A stretch of DNA of 64,000 nt from Bacteroidales bacterium (GTDB lineage Bacteria; Bacteroidota; Bacteroidia; Bacteroidales; GWA2-32-17), in assembly GCA_026417155.1 (NCBI GenBank), contig JAOADU010000056.1, positions 28,229-92,228 of the forward strand, given 5' to 3'. Below are positions 16,800-27,539 of the stretch, one piece after another; the stretch's first letter is position 1; each line of letters begins with the position of its first letter. The notes under the pieces are model-generated. The model was not told the origin of the DNA and searched no databases. It worked only from the letters and a program-made list of their open reading frames with translations. Position numbers and translations under genes: made by a program.

Positions 16800-17818
16800 T
16801 GGAACAAAAGGTTGCCATAGTGATACCGTGTAGGAATGAAGAACAGTACATTTCAAAATGTTTACATTCCCTTGTAAATCAGACATATCCATTGCATTTA
16901 TTAAAAATTATTGTTGTTGATGGTCAAAGTACCGATAATACTAAAATGATTGTTTCGGAATGGTCGAAAAAATATAGCGAGATAATATTATTGGAAAATA
17001 TACATAAAACGACACCATATGCATTGAATATAGGAATACAAAACGCAAAAGATTGCGATTTAATTATGATTTTAGGAGCTCATGCCGAATTAGATACAAC
17101 TTATATTCAATTTGCAGTAGAAATAATGAAAAATAATCCCGCAATATCATGCGTTGGAGGAGTGTTGAAAAGTATATCCGAAAATCATACAACCGATGTA
17201 ATAAGTAAAGCGATGTCATCGCCATTTGGAGTCGGTAATGCATATTTCAGAACGGGCTTGTCTGAGGGTTTTGTTGATACAGTAGCATTTGGACTTTATC
17301 GCAGTGAAGTATTTAATTACGTTGGTTTATTTGACGAAGAATTGGTTCGGAATCAAGATGATGAATTTAATTATAGAATATTAAAAAAAGGTTTTAAAAT
17401 ATTTTTATCTCGAAAACTTGCGGCGACATATTATGTTCGTACTTCATTTAAAAATTTGTTTCGACAGTTTTATCAATATGGGTATTGGAAAGTTTATGTT
17501 AATAAGAAGCATCGCACCATTACAACGTTACGCCAATTAGTTCCGTTTTTATTTGTAATGTACTTATTTTTTCTGTTTATTGCCTTAGTAGTTTTTTCTT
17601 CGACATTTATTTTTCTCTTAATCCCATTGTTGATATATATAATTGTCGCGATTTCAGTTTCGTTTCAATATTATTCGAATATTTTGAATAACGTTCAATT
17701 AGTTTGGGCATTTTTTGTATTACATATTTCTTATGGTTTGGGTTATGCAAAAGGGATTCTTGATTTTTATGTGTTGTCGAAGAAAATGAATAAAAAAGAT
17801 GAAAAACTTAGTCGTTAG
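16799..17818 (+). CDS. Glycosyltransferase family 2 with C-terminal TM segments
   Basis: Motifs VIPCRNEE, DGQSTD (DxD-like) and QDDEF, followed by 2-3 hydrophobic helices. TAATG coupling to the upstream GT gene. Confidence 0.8.
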   Translation: MEQKVAIVIPCRNEEQYISKCLHSLVNQTYPLHLLKIIVVDGQSTDNTKMIVSEWSKKYSEIILLENIHKTTPYALNIGIQNAKDCDLIMILGAHAELDTTYIQFAVEIMKNNPAISCVGGVLKSISENHTTDVISKAMSSPFGVGNAYFRTGLSEGFVDTVAFGLYRSEVFNYVGLFDEELVRNQDDEFNYRILKKGFKIFLSRKLAATYYVRTSFKNLFRQFYQYGYWKVYVNKKHRTITTLRQLVPFLFVMYLFFLFIALVVFSSTFIFLLIPLLIYIIVAISVSFQYYSNILNNVQLVWAFFVLHISYGLGYAKGILDFYVLSKKMNKKDEKLSR

Positions 17819-18266
17819 TTTATTGCTAATTTGTAACATTGGTCTATTATTTTCTCAGAATGATCTGCCTCAAGATACAATTAAAAAAATGTATAAAAGA
17901 GCGGATATAATATTTACAGCAGTGGTAGTACACGAAACGGTTGTTGCAAGTACAGTTGGTGAGGAAAGACGAATGATAGATTTCGATATTACCGAAATTC
18001 AGAAGGGTAGAGATTATAGCCGATTGCTTGTTTATACTTTAAACGATACTACAAGTTTTATAAGAGGCAAAGAGTACTTAGTTTTTGCACAAATGAATAA
18101 ACATGAAAATCGGTATCAGTTGTTTTATAGCGAACAAGTTTGCAAATCGTGTACCAACTATACTATTCGCAAAGTTTATGAAATAATTGATAAAACTCCA
18201 TTTGCAACTATAAAAAAACCACGCGAAAAGACTCCATGGCATGAACGTGGATGCGGTTGTCATTAA
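17799..18266 (+). CDS. Small secreted Cys-containing hypothetical protein
   Basis: Signal peptide (MKNLVVSLLLICNIGLLFSQ), a CKSC motif and a C-terminal CGCH motif. Overlaps the GT2 gene by 20 nt. I recognise no family. Confidence 0.5.
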   Translation: MKNLVVSLLLICNIGLLFSQNDLPQDTIKKMYKRADIIFTAVVVHETVVASTVGEERRMIDFDITEIQKGRDYSRLLVYTLNDTTSFIRGKEYLVFAQMNKHENRYQLFYSEQVCKSCTNYTIRKVYEIIDKTPFATIKKPREKTPWHERGCGCH

Positions 18267-18298
18267 GTACCTTTAAAATAGAGTAATTAAATTGAATA

Positions 18299-19972
18299 TT
18301 AAATCAAAGCAATACGTTGTAATTCGTTTAGGACGTTTTTATATTCTTCGCTTTTATTTTCACAATGGGATAAAGCATTGTCTATAAGTTTTATTTCGTT
18401 TAATATGTATTGAAGCGTTTGATTTTTGCACATATCAATTTGATGTATAATAATTTCTGAAAGATCTGAAATTAAACGTTGAATATTTTTTTCAACTTCA
18501 CGATGAATTTGTTTCTTAAAATGTGAATAAAAGAATTTTTTGAAAATAATTGAGGGGAAAACAAACCATAATAGCTCAATATGTGAGTCAAAAACACGAT
18601 AAACCGACACATCAGGTTGTTTTATGGGAGGGATTCCTGGCGACCATTCTAGTGCTGATAATTTTATACCTAAAATTTTTTCTACATTATCACTAAGGCG
18701 ATTATTTAGATGTTTAGAATATAAAGATAATCGTTGGGCAGATTCCTGTATTATTTTTTCAATTTTTATTTGCTCTTTTTGTTGTATATCTTGGAGCTGA
18801 ATAGTTAGTTCTGTTTTTAGCCAAAACTTAAATTTATTGGTTAGTTGATGCAAATTTCCTTTCCATGAAACAAATTCGATATCAAACTTTTGTTCAATTT
18901 TTGCGATAGTAGGTTTATAATATGATTCAAAAATCTGATTCAATGTATGGCGTACATTTGATTTTAAATCTTTTGATATAATTGTTAGTTCATACGTGAT
19001 GTGAGCTTGAGTAGTATATTCATCTAATATTTTTTGCTTAAGCAACTTTTGTTGTTCCTCATTTTTCAACGAAGCTTGATATGCTAATTCAAAATAGTTT
19101 ATTGTTTTTTGTATGATGTAACGCTGCTTTTGTTTACAAACTGCTTCAATGGTAAAATTGTATTGATGTATGATAGGTGTAATGATTTCATTGATGATTT
19201 GAAGATTAAAATATTCGGTTTTTCTAAATATCGAATAGGGAAAGATAGGAATTTCTTTATTAAAAATGCGAATAAGAGTTTGACTGATAAAATGAAGTAT
19301 ATCATTGATTTGAATCTCGTTGAAATAATCGGTTTTTGTGAGCAAACAAACTACTTTATACGAATATTCGTTTAGTGTTTTTATTAATGAAATATCTTGT
19401 TCAGCTAACGGCCTTTCGGAGCTAATACATACAACGGCAATCATTGTTTCAGGTGTCCAACTTTCAGTTGTGCTGGTATTGTTTTTAAAAATACTTCCTA
19501 TACCAGGAGTATCTATGATTCTGATTTGCTCAAAAGGTTTTAATTGCGGTAAGTAAATTATCGCAAAATTTACGTTTTTTACGTTTTGTGGATTTTTTAG
19601 TTCTGATGTATATTCTTCAAGTTGATTTATGTTGATTTCTTCTATAGAATTATCTAGAAAATGTATATATGCTTTTTCTTTTTCGCCATACTGAATTATT
19701 GTAATTATTGAAGTAGTGGGAATGACGTTAGTTGGTAATATATTTTTTCCAATAAAGCTATTGATGAAAGAGCTTTTACCAGCTTTGAATTGCCCAAAAA
19801 TGCTTATATCAATATATTTGATTGTTAAAAATCGTTGTAGTTGTTGAATATAAGCGTCCCAACCAGTTAGTTGATATTTCTCGGCAATTTTTTTAATATA
19901 CTCAATTGTTTCCACAAATATTTTATGTTTTATCTTCTTCGTATTTGGGCATATACCATCGTTGTGCAACAA
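18299..19972 (-). CDS. Bacterial dynamin-like GTPase
   Basis: G1 motif GQFKAGKSSFINSFIG, G3 motif DTPGIGS and G4 motif TKTD, followed by a long helical C-terminal region with a hydrophobic patch (LLWFVFPSIIF). The ORF-track start at 19972 is a TTG that overlaps the antiporter gene by 50 nt. An in-frame GTG at 19915 lies 8 nt after the antiporter stop. The gene is operonic with either start. Confidence 0.75.
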   Translation of the reverse strand: MLHNDGICPNTKKIKHKIFVETIEYIKKIAEKYQLTGWDAYIQQLQRFLTIKYIDISIFGQFKAGKSSFINSFIGKNILPTNVIPTTSIITIIQYGEKEKAYIHFLDNSIEEININQLEEYTSELKNPQNVKNVNFAIIYLPQLKPFEQIRIIDTPGIGSIFKNNTSTTESWTPETMIAVVCISSERPLAEQDISLIKTLNEYSYKVVCLLTKTDYFNEIQINDILHFISQTLIRIFNKEIPIFPYSIFRKTEYFNLQIINEIITPIIHQYNFTIEAVCKQKQRYIIQKTINYFELAYQASLKNEEQQKLLKQKILDEYTTQAHITYELTIISKDLKSNVRHTLNQIFESYYKPTIAKIEQKFDIEFVSWKGNLHQLTNKFKFWLKTELTIQLQDIQQKEQIKIEKIIQESAQRLSLYSKHLNNRLSDNVEKILGIKLSALEWSPGIPPIKQPDVSVYRVFDSHIELLWFVFPSIIFKKFFYSHFKKQIHREVEKNIQRLISDLSEIIIHQIDMCKNQTLQYILNEIKLIDNALSHCENKSEEYKNVLNELQRIALI

Positions 19973-21056
19973 AAGTAGGAATTACAGCACTGGCAATAAC
20001 TACTCCAACTAATATGGAATATTGTGTTTGATTGATAAAACCCGATTGCAAGCCAAATAGACTAGAGATTGTGCCGAATGTTAAGCCTGTGCTCATTAGT
20101 AGGCTAGTGTACATTCTATTTTCTTTTAAATATTTTGTAACAAAGAGCCAGATACCTAAAAATTTTGACAATATTTTAAGTGCAAATAATATAACAAACA
20201 TTGCAAATGCCGAAATAATTAGTGTTAATGATACTTTCATGCCCCCAACGATAAAAAAAACAGGTGTAATAAAAGCATAGCTTATAGTACGCAGTTTTCG
20301 GCTAATGATAACTGTTTTGCGTTCTTCTTTAAAATGCTTCGACATGAGCATTCCTAAAATAAATGCAGGTAATATGGCATGTTGTTCGCCTAATTTTGCA
20401 AGAAAAATAAATAAAATTAATATAGCGAAAATCAGTTTAATTTCGGGTTCGATGACTTTATTGGACATGGTTTTATTACGTAACAGGAATAAAGAAAAGC
20501 GATATACCAAAATTATTACAATGGTAGAAACTATCAAAAAAATTAGTGTATATTTTGTGGGTTTAATAAATAAAATACTAAGTGCTAAAGCTGTTCCCAT
20601 GTCGGTAATAAAAGTAGATGTCATGATAATTTTTCCTAAGAATGTTTTTGTTAGTCCGGTTTCTACCAATACAGAATAAACAACAGCAAGTGATGTCGTT
20701 GACAAGGCAATTCCTGCAATTAGTGATGCTTTTAGTTCCCAATGAAATATGTAGTATGTAAACAGTAAAACTATAATAAATGGTGTAAAAAATGAGAAAA
20801 AGCCAATGAAAAAGCTAGCTTTAAATTCTGATTTAAAAAGTTTAGCATCAATTTCAGTACCTGCTAAGTAGGTAAGCAAAATTCCTCCAAAATTTGCTAA
20901 ATATATCATCCATTCTTGAGGATGAAATCCAATATTACCCAAAATGGCTCCAAAAGTAATTTCTATGATGGCAACCGATAAACCTAATCGAATAGATATT
21001 AAACTGGAAAGAAAAATAACACCTGCAACAATTAACGGAAGTGCTTGTTCGTGCAT
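19923..21056 (-). CDS. Cation/proton antiporter (CPA2/Kef-like membrane domain, no RCK domain)
   Basis: 377 aa with about 11-12 TM segments. Na_H_Exchanger-type motifs are present (FGAILGNIG, LLTYLAGTEID, ALSTTSLAVVYSVLVETG, ITDMGTA). ATG at 21056. Confidence 0.8.
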   Translation of the reverse strand: MHEQALPLIVAGVIFLSSLISIRLGLSVAIIEITFGAILGNIGFHPQEWMIYLANFGGILLTYLAGTEIDAKLFKSEFKASFFIGFFSFFTPFIIVLLFTYYIFHWELKASLIAGIALSTTSLAVVYSVLVETGLTKTFLGKIIMTSTFITDMGTALALSILFIKPTKYTLIFLIVSTIVIILVYRFSLFLLRNKTMSNKVIEPEIKLIFAILILFIFLAKLGEQHAILPAFILGMLMSKHFKEERKTVIISRKLRTISYAFITPVFFIVGGMKVSLTLIISAFAMFVILFALKILSKFLGIWLFVTKYLKENRMYTSLLMSTGLTFGTISSLFGLQSGFINQTQYSILVGVVIASAVIPTFVAQRWYMPKYEEDKT

Positions 21057-21061
21057 AATTT

Positions 21062-21092
21062 TAACTCCTTTACATTTTGTTTGTAGGAGTTA
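21062..21092 (-). promoter_or_regulatory. Putative SD-sequestering hairpin, the expression platform of the fluoride riboswitch
   Basis: On the minus strand, UAACUCCU (21092-21085) is a perfect 8-nt complement of AGGAGUUA (21069-21062). The second segment contains a GGAG that lies 8 nt upstream of the antiporter AUG. Confidence 0.55.
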
Positions 21093-21130
21093 TCAGCACT
21101 ATTGCGGTTAAAGGTGAACTCCATCACCCG
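21083..21130 (-). promoter_or_regulatory. Fluoride riboswitch aptamer (crcB RNA motif)
   Basis: The minus strand reads CGGGUGAUGGAGUUCACCUUUAACCGCAAUAGUGCUGAUAACUCCUAC. P1 is GGUG/CACC, the pseudoknot is GGAGUU/AACUCC, and the short P3 is GCA/UGC. The conserved GAUGG, AACCGC, CUGAU and CCUAC segments are in the canonical order. Confidence 0.8.
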
Positions 21131-21141
21131 AATCCTTTTTG

Positions 21142-21149
21142 CAAAGGTA
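21142..21149 (-). promoter_or_regulatory. -7 promoter box TACCTTTG driving the riboswitch-antiporter-GTPase transcript
   Basis: The plus strand reads CAAAGGTA, an exact TAnnTTTG on the minus strand. It lies about 12 nt upstream of the first aptamer nucleotide. Confidence 0.5.
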
Positions 21150-21183
21150 ATATTATTTTACTTAGTCACGAAAATTTTTTAAT

Positions 21184-22443
21184 TTATTTAACTTTGAGTA
21201 TGTCGCTCCAACGAGTAGTGTAGCGTGGCGATAGTTTTTGTTGTAATGTTCGCCATTTAAGTGATGGTTCATGCGAAGCTAAATGGATAGAAAAGTCGCC
21301 ATAACGCTTATTGATGTCATCTATAACGTTCATCAAGATATGCTCTTTCTCTTTAAATTCTTCAAATAAACTTAAGTTAATATATTTATTGGGCAGAAGA
21401 TTTGTTAATATAATACCTGCTTTTTTGATAGCTTGACCTTCAGGATATATTTTTTGAAGAGCAAATTTAGCGTATTTCGAAATTTCTATGCTCGAAGCGG
21501 TTTGAATAGGAAGTGTAATATAGCTTTGACGATAAAAAGGAACTTCGTTTTTTTTATGAAAATTAGAATGTATGTATATTAAAATGCTACTACAAAGCGA
21601 TTGTTGTTTGCGGAGCTTTTCTGCAGCTTTTGATGCAAAAGCCGATATACGTTCGTTTAATTCTTGAAGTGTTTTCAATTCTTTTTCGAATGTACGCCCT
21701 ACAGAGATGTTTTTTTTATCAACAACCTCATCGAGTGTTAAACATGAAATGCCTGTTAGTTCTTTTTTTAAACGTAATCCCTGAATTGTCATGTGTTTAT
21801 GTATCCAGGAATCGGGTAATTGAATGAAATCGTATCCTGTGTTGATGTTCATGCGGTATAACTTACGTGAATATTGTCGTCCAATGCCCCAAATATCTTC
21901 TACTTTAATCCATCGTAATGCTTTTAATCTTTTTTCGTCTGTATCTATCAGATATACATGATTAGTTTTATCGGGAAATTTTTTTGCAATGCGGTTAGCA
22001 ATTTTTGCTAATGCTTTTGTTGGAGCTATACCTATACTTACAGGAATTCCGGTCCATTGAAGTATCGTTTCTCTAAGCTCTGAGCAAAATACGTCTAAAG
22101 GAATGTTTGTCTGTTGTTTGTAAAAATCAATAAATACTTCGTCAATGCTATAAATTTCTATATTGGCACAAAAATTTGCTACAGTATTCATGACTCTTCG
22201 ACTAAAATCGCCGTAGAGTGAAAAATTGGCAGAAAAATATTCTACGTTTTCTTTTTCGATAAGCTCTCGATATTCAAAAATAGGGGCACCCATAGGGATT
22301 CCAAGGGCTTTAGCCTCATTGCTGCGAGAAATAACACAACCATCGTTATTAGAAAGCACAATAACAGGCTTACTATTCAAATCGGGACGAAATACGCGTT
22401 CGCACGATACATAAAAATTATTGCAGTCTAACAAGGCAAACAT
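21184..22443 (-). CDS. umuC: Y-family translesion DNA polymerase, UmuC-like
   Basis: The N-terminus [22 protein letters not shown] is typical of UmuC, and the length is 419 aa. It lies 2 nt downstream of umuD. Confidence 0.9.
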   Translation of the reverse strand: MFALLDCNNFYVSCERVFRPDLNSKPVIVLSNNDGCVISRSNEAKALGIPMGAPIFEYRELIEKENVEYFSANFSLYGDFSRRVMNTVANFCANIEIYSIDEVFIDFYKQQTNIPLDVFCSELRETILQWTGIPVSIGIAPTKALAKIANRIAKKFPDKTNHVYLIDTDEKRLKALRWIKVEDIWGIGRQYSRKLYRMNINTGYDFIQLPDSWIHKHMTIQGLRLKKELTGISCLTLDEVVDKKNISVGRTFEKELKTLQELNERISAFASKAAEKLRKQQSLCSSILIYIHSNFHKKNEVPFYRQSYITLPIQTASSIEISKYAKFALQKIYPEGQAIKKAGIILTNLLPNKYINLSLFEEFKEKEHILMNVIDDINKRYGDFSIHLASHEPSLKWRTLQQKLSPRYTTRWSDILKVK

Positions 22444-22445
22444 GG

Positions 22446-22892
22446 CTAAACAGCCTTAATGATGTGAGTTACAATACCCCAAATGATAAAATTATTGTCG
22501 GAAGTAATTTTTATAGGTTTAAAATTGCTGTTTGCTGGCATTAAATAACATTCGTTATTTTTTATATGTAGTCGTTTAACAGTAAATTCGCCATCAACAA
22601 AGCATACAGCAATTTTGCCATCAGAAGGTTTAATGCTTCTGTCTATGATAAGTATATCACCATGGTCAATATTGGCGTCTTGCATCGAATTGCCTACAAC
22701 ACGTGCAAAAAAAGTTGCAGATGGATTTTTTATGAGTGCTTTATTTAGGTCAAGAGGTACTTCGATAAAATCATCAGCAGGCGAGGGGAAACCTGCTTTA
22801 ATGGTTTCAATCAGAGGAATTTCTATATGCGAAGAGGTATCAGGACTATAAAAAGTTAGTGTATTGAGATTTGTAATTTTTCGTGCTTTCAT
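22446..22892 (-). CDS. umuD: UmuD-like S24 self-cleaving peptidase
   Basis: Ala-Gly cleavage site (IKAGFPSP), Ser nucleophile in VGNSMQD, and Lys in FTVKRL. Confidence 0.85.
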   Translation of the reverse strand: MKARKITNLNTLTFYSPDTSSHIEIPLIETIKAGFPSPADDFIEVPLDLNKALIKNPSATFFARVVGNSMQDANIDHGDILIIDRSIKPSDGKIAVCFVDGEFTVKRLHIKNNECYLMPANSNFKPIKITSDNNFIIWGIVTHIIKAV

Positions 22893-22900
22893 AAGGACAA

Positions 22901-24880
<1,980 letters not shown>

Positions 24881-24892
24881 TTAAAGGAAACG

Positions 24893-24900
24893 CAAAGTTA
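24893..24900 (-). promoter_or_regulatory. -7 promoter box TAACTTTG for gyrB
   Basis: The plus strand reads CAAAGTTA, 27 nt upstream of the gyrB ATG at 24865. Confidence 0.45.
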
Positions 24901-24967
24901 CAAAAATGTAGTGGATAAACCTATGAAAAAAGCATGAAAAATAGGGATTGTTAATAAATTTTATAAG

Positions 24968-27505
24968 TTAAAAATTATCAATAAATGGGCGTTTCCGAGC
25001 CAATTTAAGATCTTGTAAAACGGACGATTTTACATTGATTTGAAAGCTATAACTCCGATAGGTTCCGAATGGTATCCACGAAAGCCGCATTTCCCAGCAG
25101 TGTAAGTCACGATAAATATTAAGAGATGTATAAGTAAATTTTTTATTTTCGAAATCATAACCCGAAGAATAAGATATTTTCCATTTGGGAGTTAAACTTA
25201 TATCGCCCGAAAAAGTTAGGCCTTGTATGGTTTTATATTCAAATTGTTTTTTTTGCTGATTAAAATAGCTAGTGCTACTTAGATTGTATGAAATATAAAT
25301 AGTCCATGGAACTTTAAAATCAACATAATATTGCATGTAATTATCGGGCAAACCAGCTGCAACGGCTGCTTGTCGTGCCGCTTCAGTTGTTTGTGTTGCT
25401 GGGTTTTTAACAAATCCATCTGAGTTTAATGAAATACTTGACGACAGGCTTGCCGATGTGAGGTTTGCAAATTTTTTATTCGTATTATATTGAAGTTGAT
25501 TAATAAAACGCCCTAATGTGTCATATGTATATATGTTGTAGTTAGCACTGGCATATAAGTTTAGTACTTTAAATAACGTTGTACGTGCTTGAAATAACAC
25601 AGGTTGCCATCGTAACGAATCGAGAGCTATATTGTATGCCGTGCTCATTGAAAATTGTTCGAGTAAAGGTATTTTTTTTATGGTTTGTATGGTGTCTGAT
25701 TTTGATTTATACTTCATTTCTAAATTATTGTTGATTGAAAAGTTAATAGTTCCATATTTTCCGATAGGTGGAGAGCCAAATATTCCGTTCTGAACAATGG
25801 AATATGATTGAGTTTTACCACTTTCATTGATTTGGACAGATTTATAATATTTAGTTTTAAGGTAATCTGGTCTGTATGCAAAGCTAATACTTGGCGTAAT
25901 CATGTGTCTCAAACCTTGAAATCTCCAGTTAGTATTTTTGGGCATATAAAAGCCATAAATTTGAGTAGTAAATGGCATCGAAAAACTCCAATCACTGGCT
26001 CGTGTAAATTTGTAAATGGTATCGGTTTGTAAATAGCCTGGTATCGTATCGTTGTTAATTATTTGTGTTGGGATCCATGTTTTACGTAATTGGTTCGGAT
26101 ACCATCGTTCGGTATATGTAATAGAAGGATTTAAGTTAAAGTAACGAAAAACTTTAAAATTAGCCATTACAGGTATGCTGTGGCGTACTCCGTTTCGCAT
26201 TTGATGAATTGTTTGAGATGTAAATAACTTATTTTCCTTACTAGTAATGCTATTTTGTAAATTTGAGTTGTATGAAATTCCAATTTTTTTGAAAATAGTT
26301 TGCCTCGACATACTAAAATAAATATCGGGCAAGCCTATAGTAATGGTACTATCAGTAAAATTTTGATTGTGACGAATATTGGCAGATAAATTAAATGGCG
26401 AATTAGGCCATTGTTGTCGAAAAGAAATGCTCGATTGCATATCACTTCGTAAACGATTTTCGTAGCTAACCATGTTAAATCGGTTATAAATTTGTGAGCC
26501 GACGTTTACATTTGCTGAAAAATTTCTAAAAGGGTGTGCCTTTGCGTCTTGATTATGATACCAACGGATGTAATATGCTTTGTTATTTTGGTAATTAGGA
26601 AGTCCTCTTTCGCTGATAATGATATTGCTGTATGAAATATTAAGATTTCCTTGATATTTGTATCGTTTTTTGTAATTCGAAATTCCGGTTATACCCCAAG
26701 AACCTTTTGTATAGGCTTCGCCCAATATTGATAAATCCATATAATCGTTAATGGCAAAATAATATCCTCCATTTTTAAGAAAAAATCCACGCACTTCTTC
26801 TTCACCATACTCTGGAATTATAATTCCTGATTTGCCCTTTTTTTTGTTAGGAAAAAAACCAAAAGGAATACCTAACGGAACAGGTATATCTTCGACAACT
26901 AAATAGGCAGGTCCTGATACTATTTTATCATCAGGAATAACTTTTGCTTTGGTTAGAGTGATATAAAAATGCGGGTGTTCAAGGTTACAAGTAGTGTAAC
27001 GCCCTTGTGTAAGACAAATATGATCGTTTTCGAGTTTTTTTGTTCTTGAAGCATGCAAATACCCCCCACTTTGTTCGGTTGTTACTTCTGTTATAATACC
27101 TCTTTTTGTATTAAAATTGTACCGTATAGACGCAGCTTGAAATTCATCGGCACCATCGGCAAATTCAGGTTTTTCTGTTAGATTTCCTAATGAATCTTTT
27201 TTCCCAGTAGCATACGCTTCATTATTATTTAAGTCTATTTCTATATAATATGCTTTGAGATCTTTATCCTGGTATTTTAATGTTGACTGATTATACAAAA
27301 ATGCTTTTTGTGATACTAAATCTAATACAATGGAGTCGGAACATGAGTATATAACGGGAGCTTCTAAATTAAATGAAGAAGAATTTTTTTTTAAAGTATC
27401 GGTTGAAACTTTTATGGAATCTTTTTGCTGCGAGTATAAAAAATTGTAAACACAGCAACTAATTGTGATAACAATAATTCGTATGAAAGTGTTATTTTTG
27501 TACAA
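24968..27505 (-). CDS. Large outer-membrane protein, LptD/OstA-like (tentative)
   Basis: 845 aa with a signal peptide, an N-terminal OstA-like region and a long Tyr/Asn/Ser-rich beta-strand region. It is divergent from an amidase gene, an arrangement I recall for LptD-like genes in Bacteroidota. Apparent TTG start. Confidence 0.5.
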   Translation of the reverse strand: MYKNNTFIRIIVITISCCVYNFLYSQQKDSIKVSTDTLKKNSSSFNLEAPVIYSCSDSIVLDLVSQKAFLYNQSTLKYQDKDLKAYYIEIDLNNNEAYATGKKDSLGNLTEKPEFADGADEFQAASIRYNFNTKRGIITEVTTEQSGGYLHASRTKKLENDHICLTQGRYTTCNLEHPHFYITLTKAKVIPDDKIVSGPAYLVVEDIPVPLGIPFGFFPNKKKGKSGIIIPEYGEEEVRGFFLKNGGYYFAINDYMDLSILGEAYTKGSWGITGISNYKKRYKYQGNLNISYSNIIISERGLPNYQNNKAYYIRWYHNQDAKAHPFRNFSANVNVGSQIYNRFNMVSYENRLRSDMQSSISFRQQWPNSPFNLSANIRHNQNFTDSTITIGLPDIYFSMSRQTIFKKIGISYNSNLQNSITSKENKLFTSQTIHQMRNGVRHSIPVMANFKVFRYFNLNPSITYTERWYPNQLRKTWIPTQIINNDTIPGYLQTDTIYKFTRASDWSFSMPFTTQIYGFYMPKNTNWRFQGLRHMITPSISFAYRPDYLKTKYYKSVQINESGKTQSYSIVQNGIFGSPPIGKYGTINFSINNNLEMKYKSKSDTIQTIKKIPLLEQFSMSTAYNIALDSLRWQPVLFQARTTLFKVLNLYASANYNIYTYDTLGRFINQLQYNTNKKFANLTSASLSSSISLNSDGFVKNPATQTTEAARQAAVAAGLPDNYMQYYVDFKVPWTIYISYNLSSTSYFNQQKKQFEYKTIQGLTFSGDISLTPKWKISYSSGYDFENKKFTYTSLNIYRDLHCWEMRLSWIPFGTYRSYSFQINVKSSVLQDLKLARKRPFIDNF
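27493..27500 (+). promoter_or_regulatory. -7 promoter box TATTTTTG for the amidase-mlaD unit
   Basis: Exact TAnnTTTG 39 nt upstream of the ATG at 27540. It lies inside the first codons of the divergent LptD-like gene. Confidence 0.4.
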
Positions 27506-27531
27506 TTTTTATGGTTTAATTTTTGTGGCTT

Positions 27532-27539
27532 CAAAGCTA
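27532..27539 (-). promoter_or_regulatory. -7 promoter box TAGCTTTG for the LptD-like gene
   Basis: The plus strand reads CAAAGCTA, 26 nt upstream of the TTG at 27505. It abuts the amidase ATG. Confidence 0.4.

Noticed and set aside
18299-19972. Dynamin-like GTPase as an anti-phage dynamin-type (LeoA-like) defence system.
   Set aside because: As I recall, those systems comprise more than one GTPase gene in a defence-island context. Here there is a single GTPase, translationally linked to an antiporter behind a fluoride riboswitch, and flanked by core genes.
20305-20679. Long antisense ORFs inside well-supported genes. Examples are 20305-20679, 59528-59905, 38982-39320, 28103-28429, 19109-19375 and 1542-1826, and most of the other 60-125 aa entries in the ORF track.
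   Set aside because: Each lies wholly within, and opposite to, a gene with strong motif support. The products are low-complexity and rich in Phe, Ile, Lys and Ser, as expected from AT-rich antisense frames. None has a promoter box or coupling signal.
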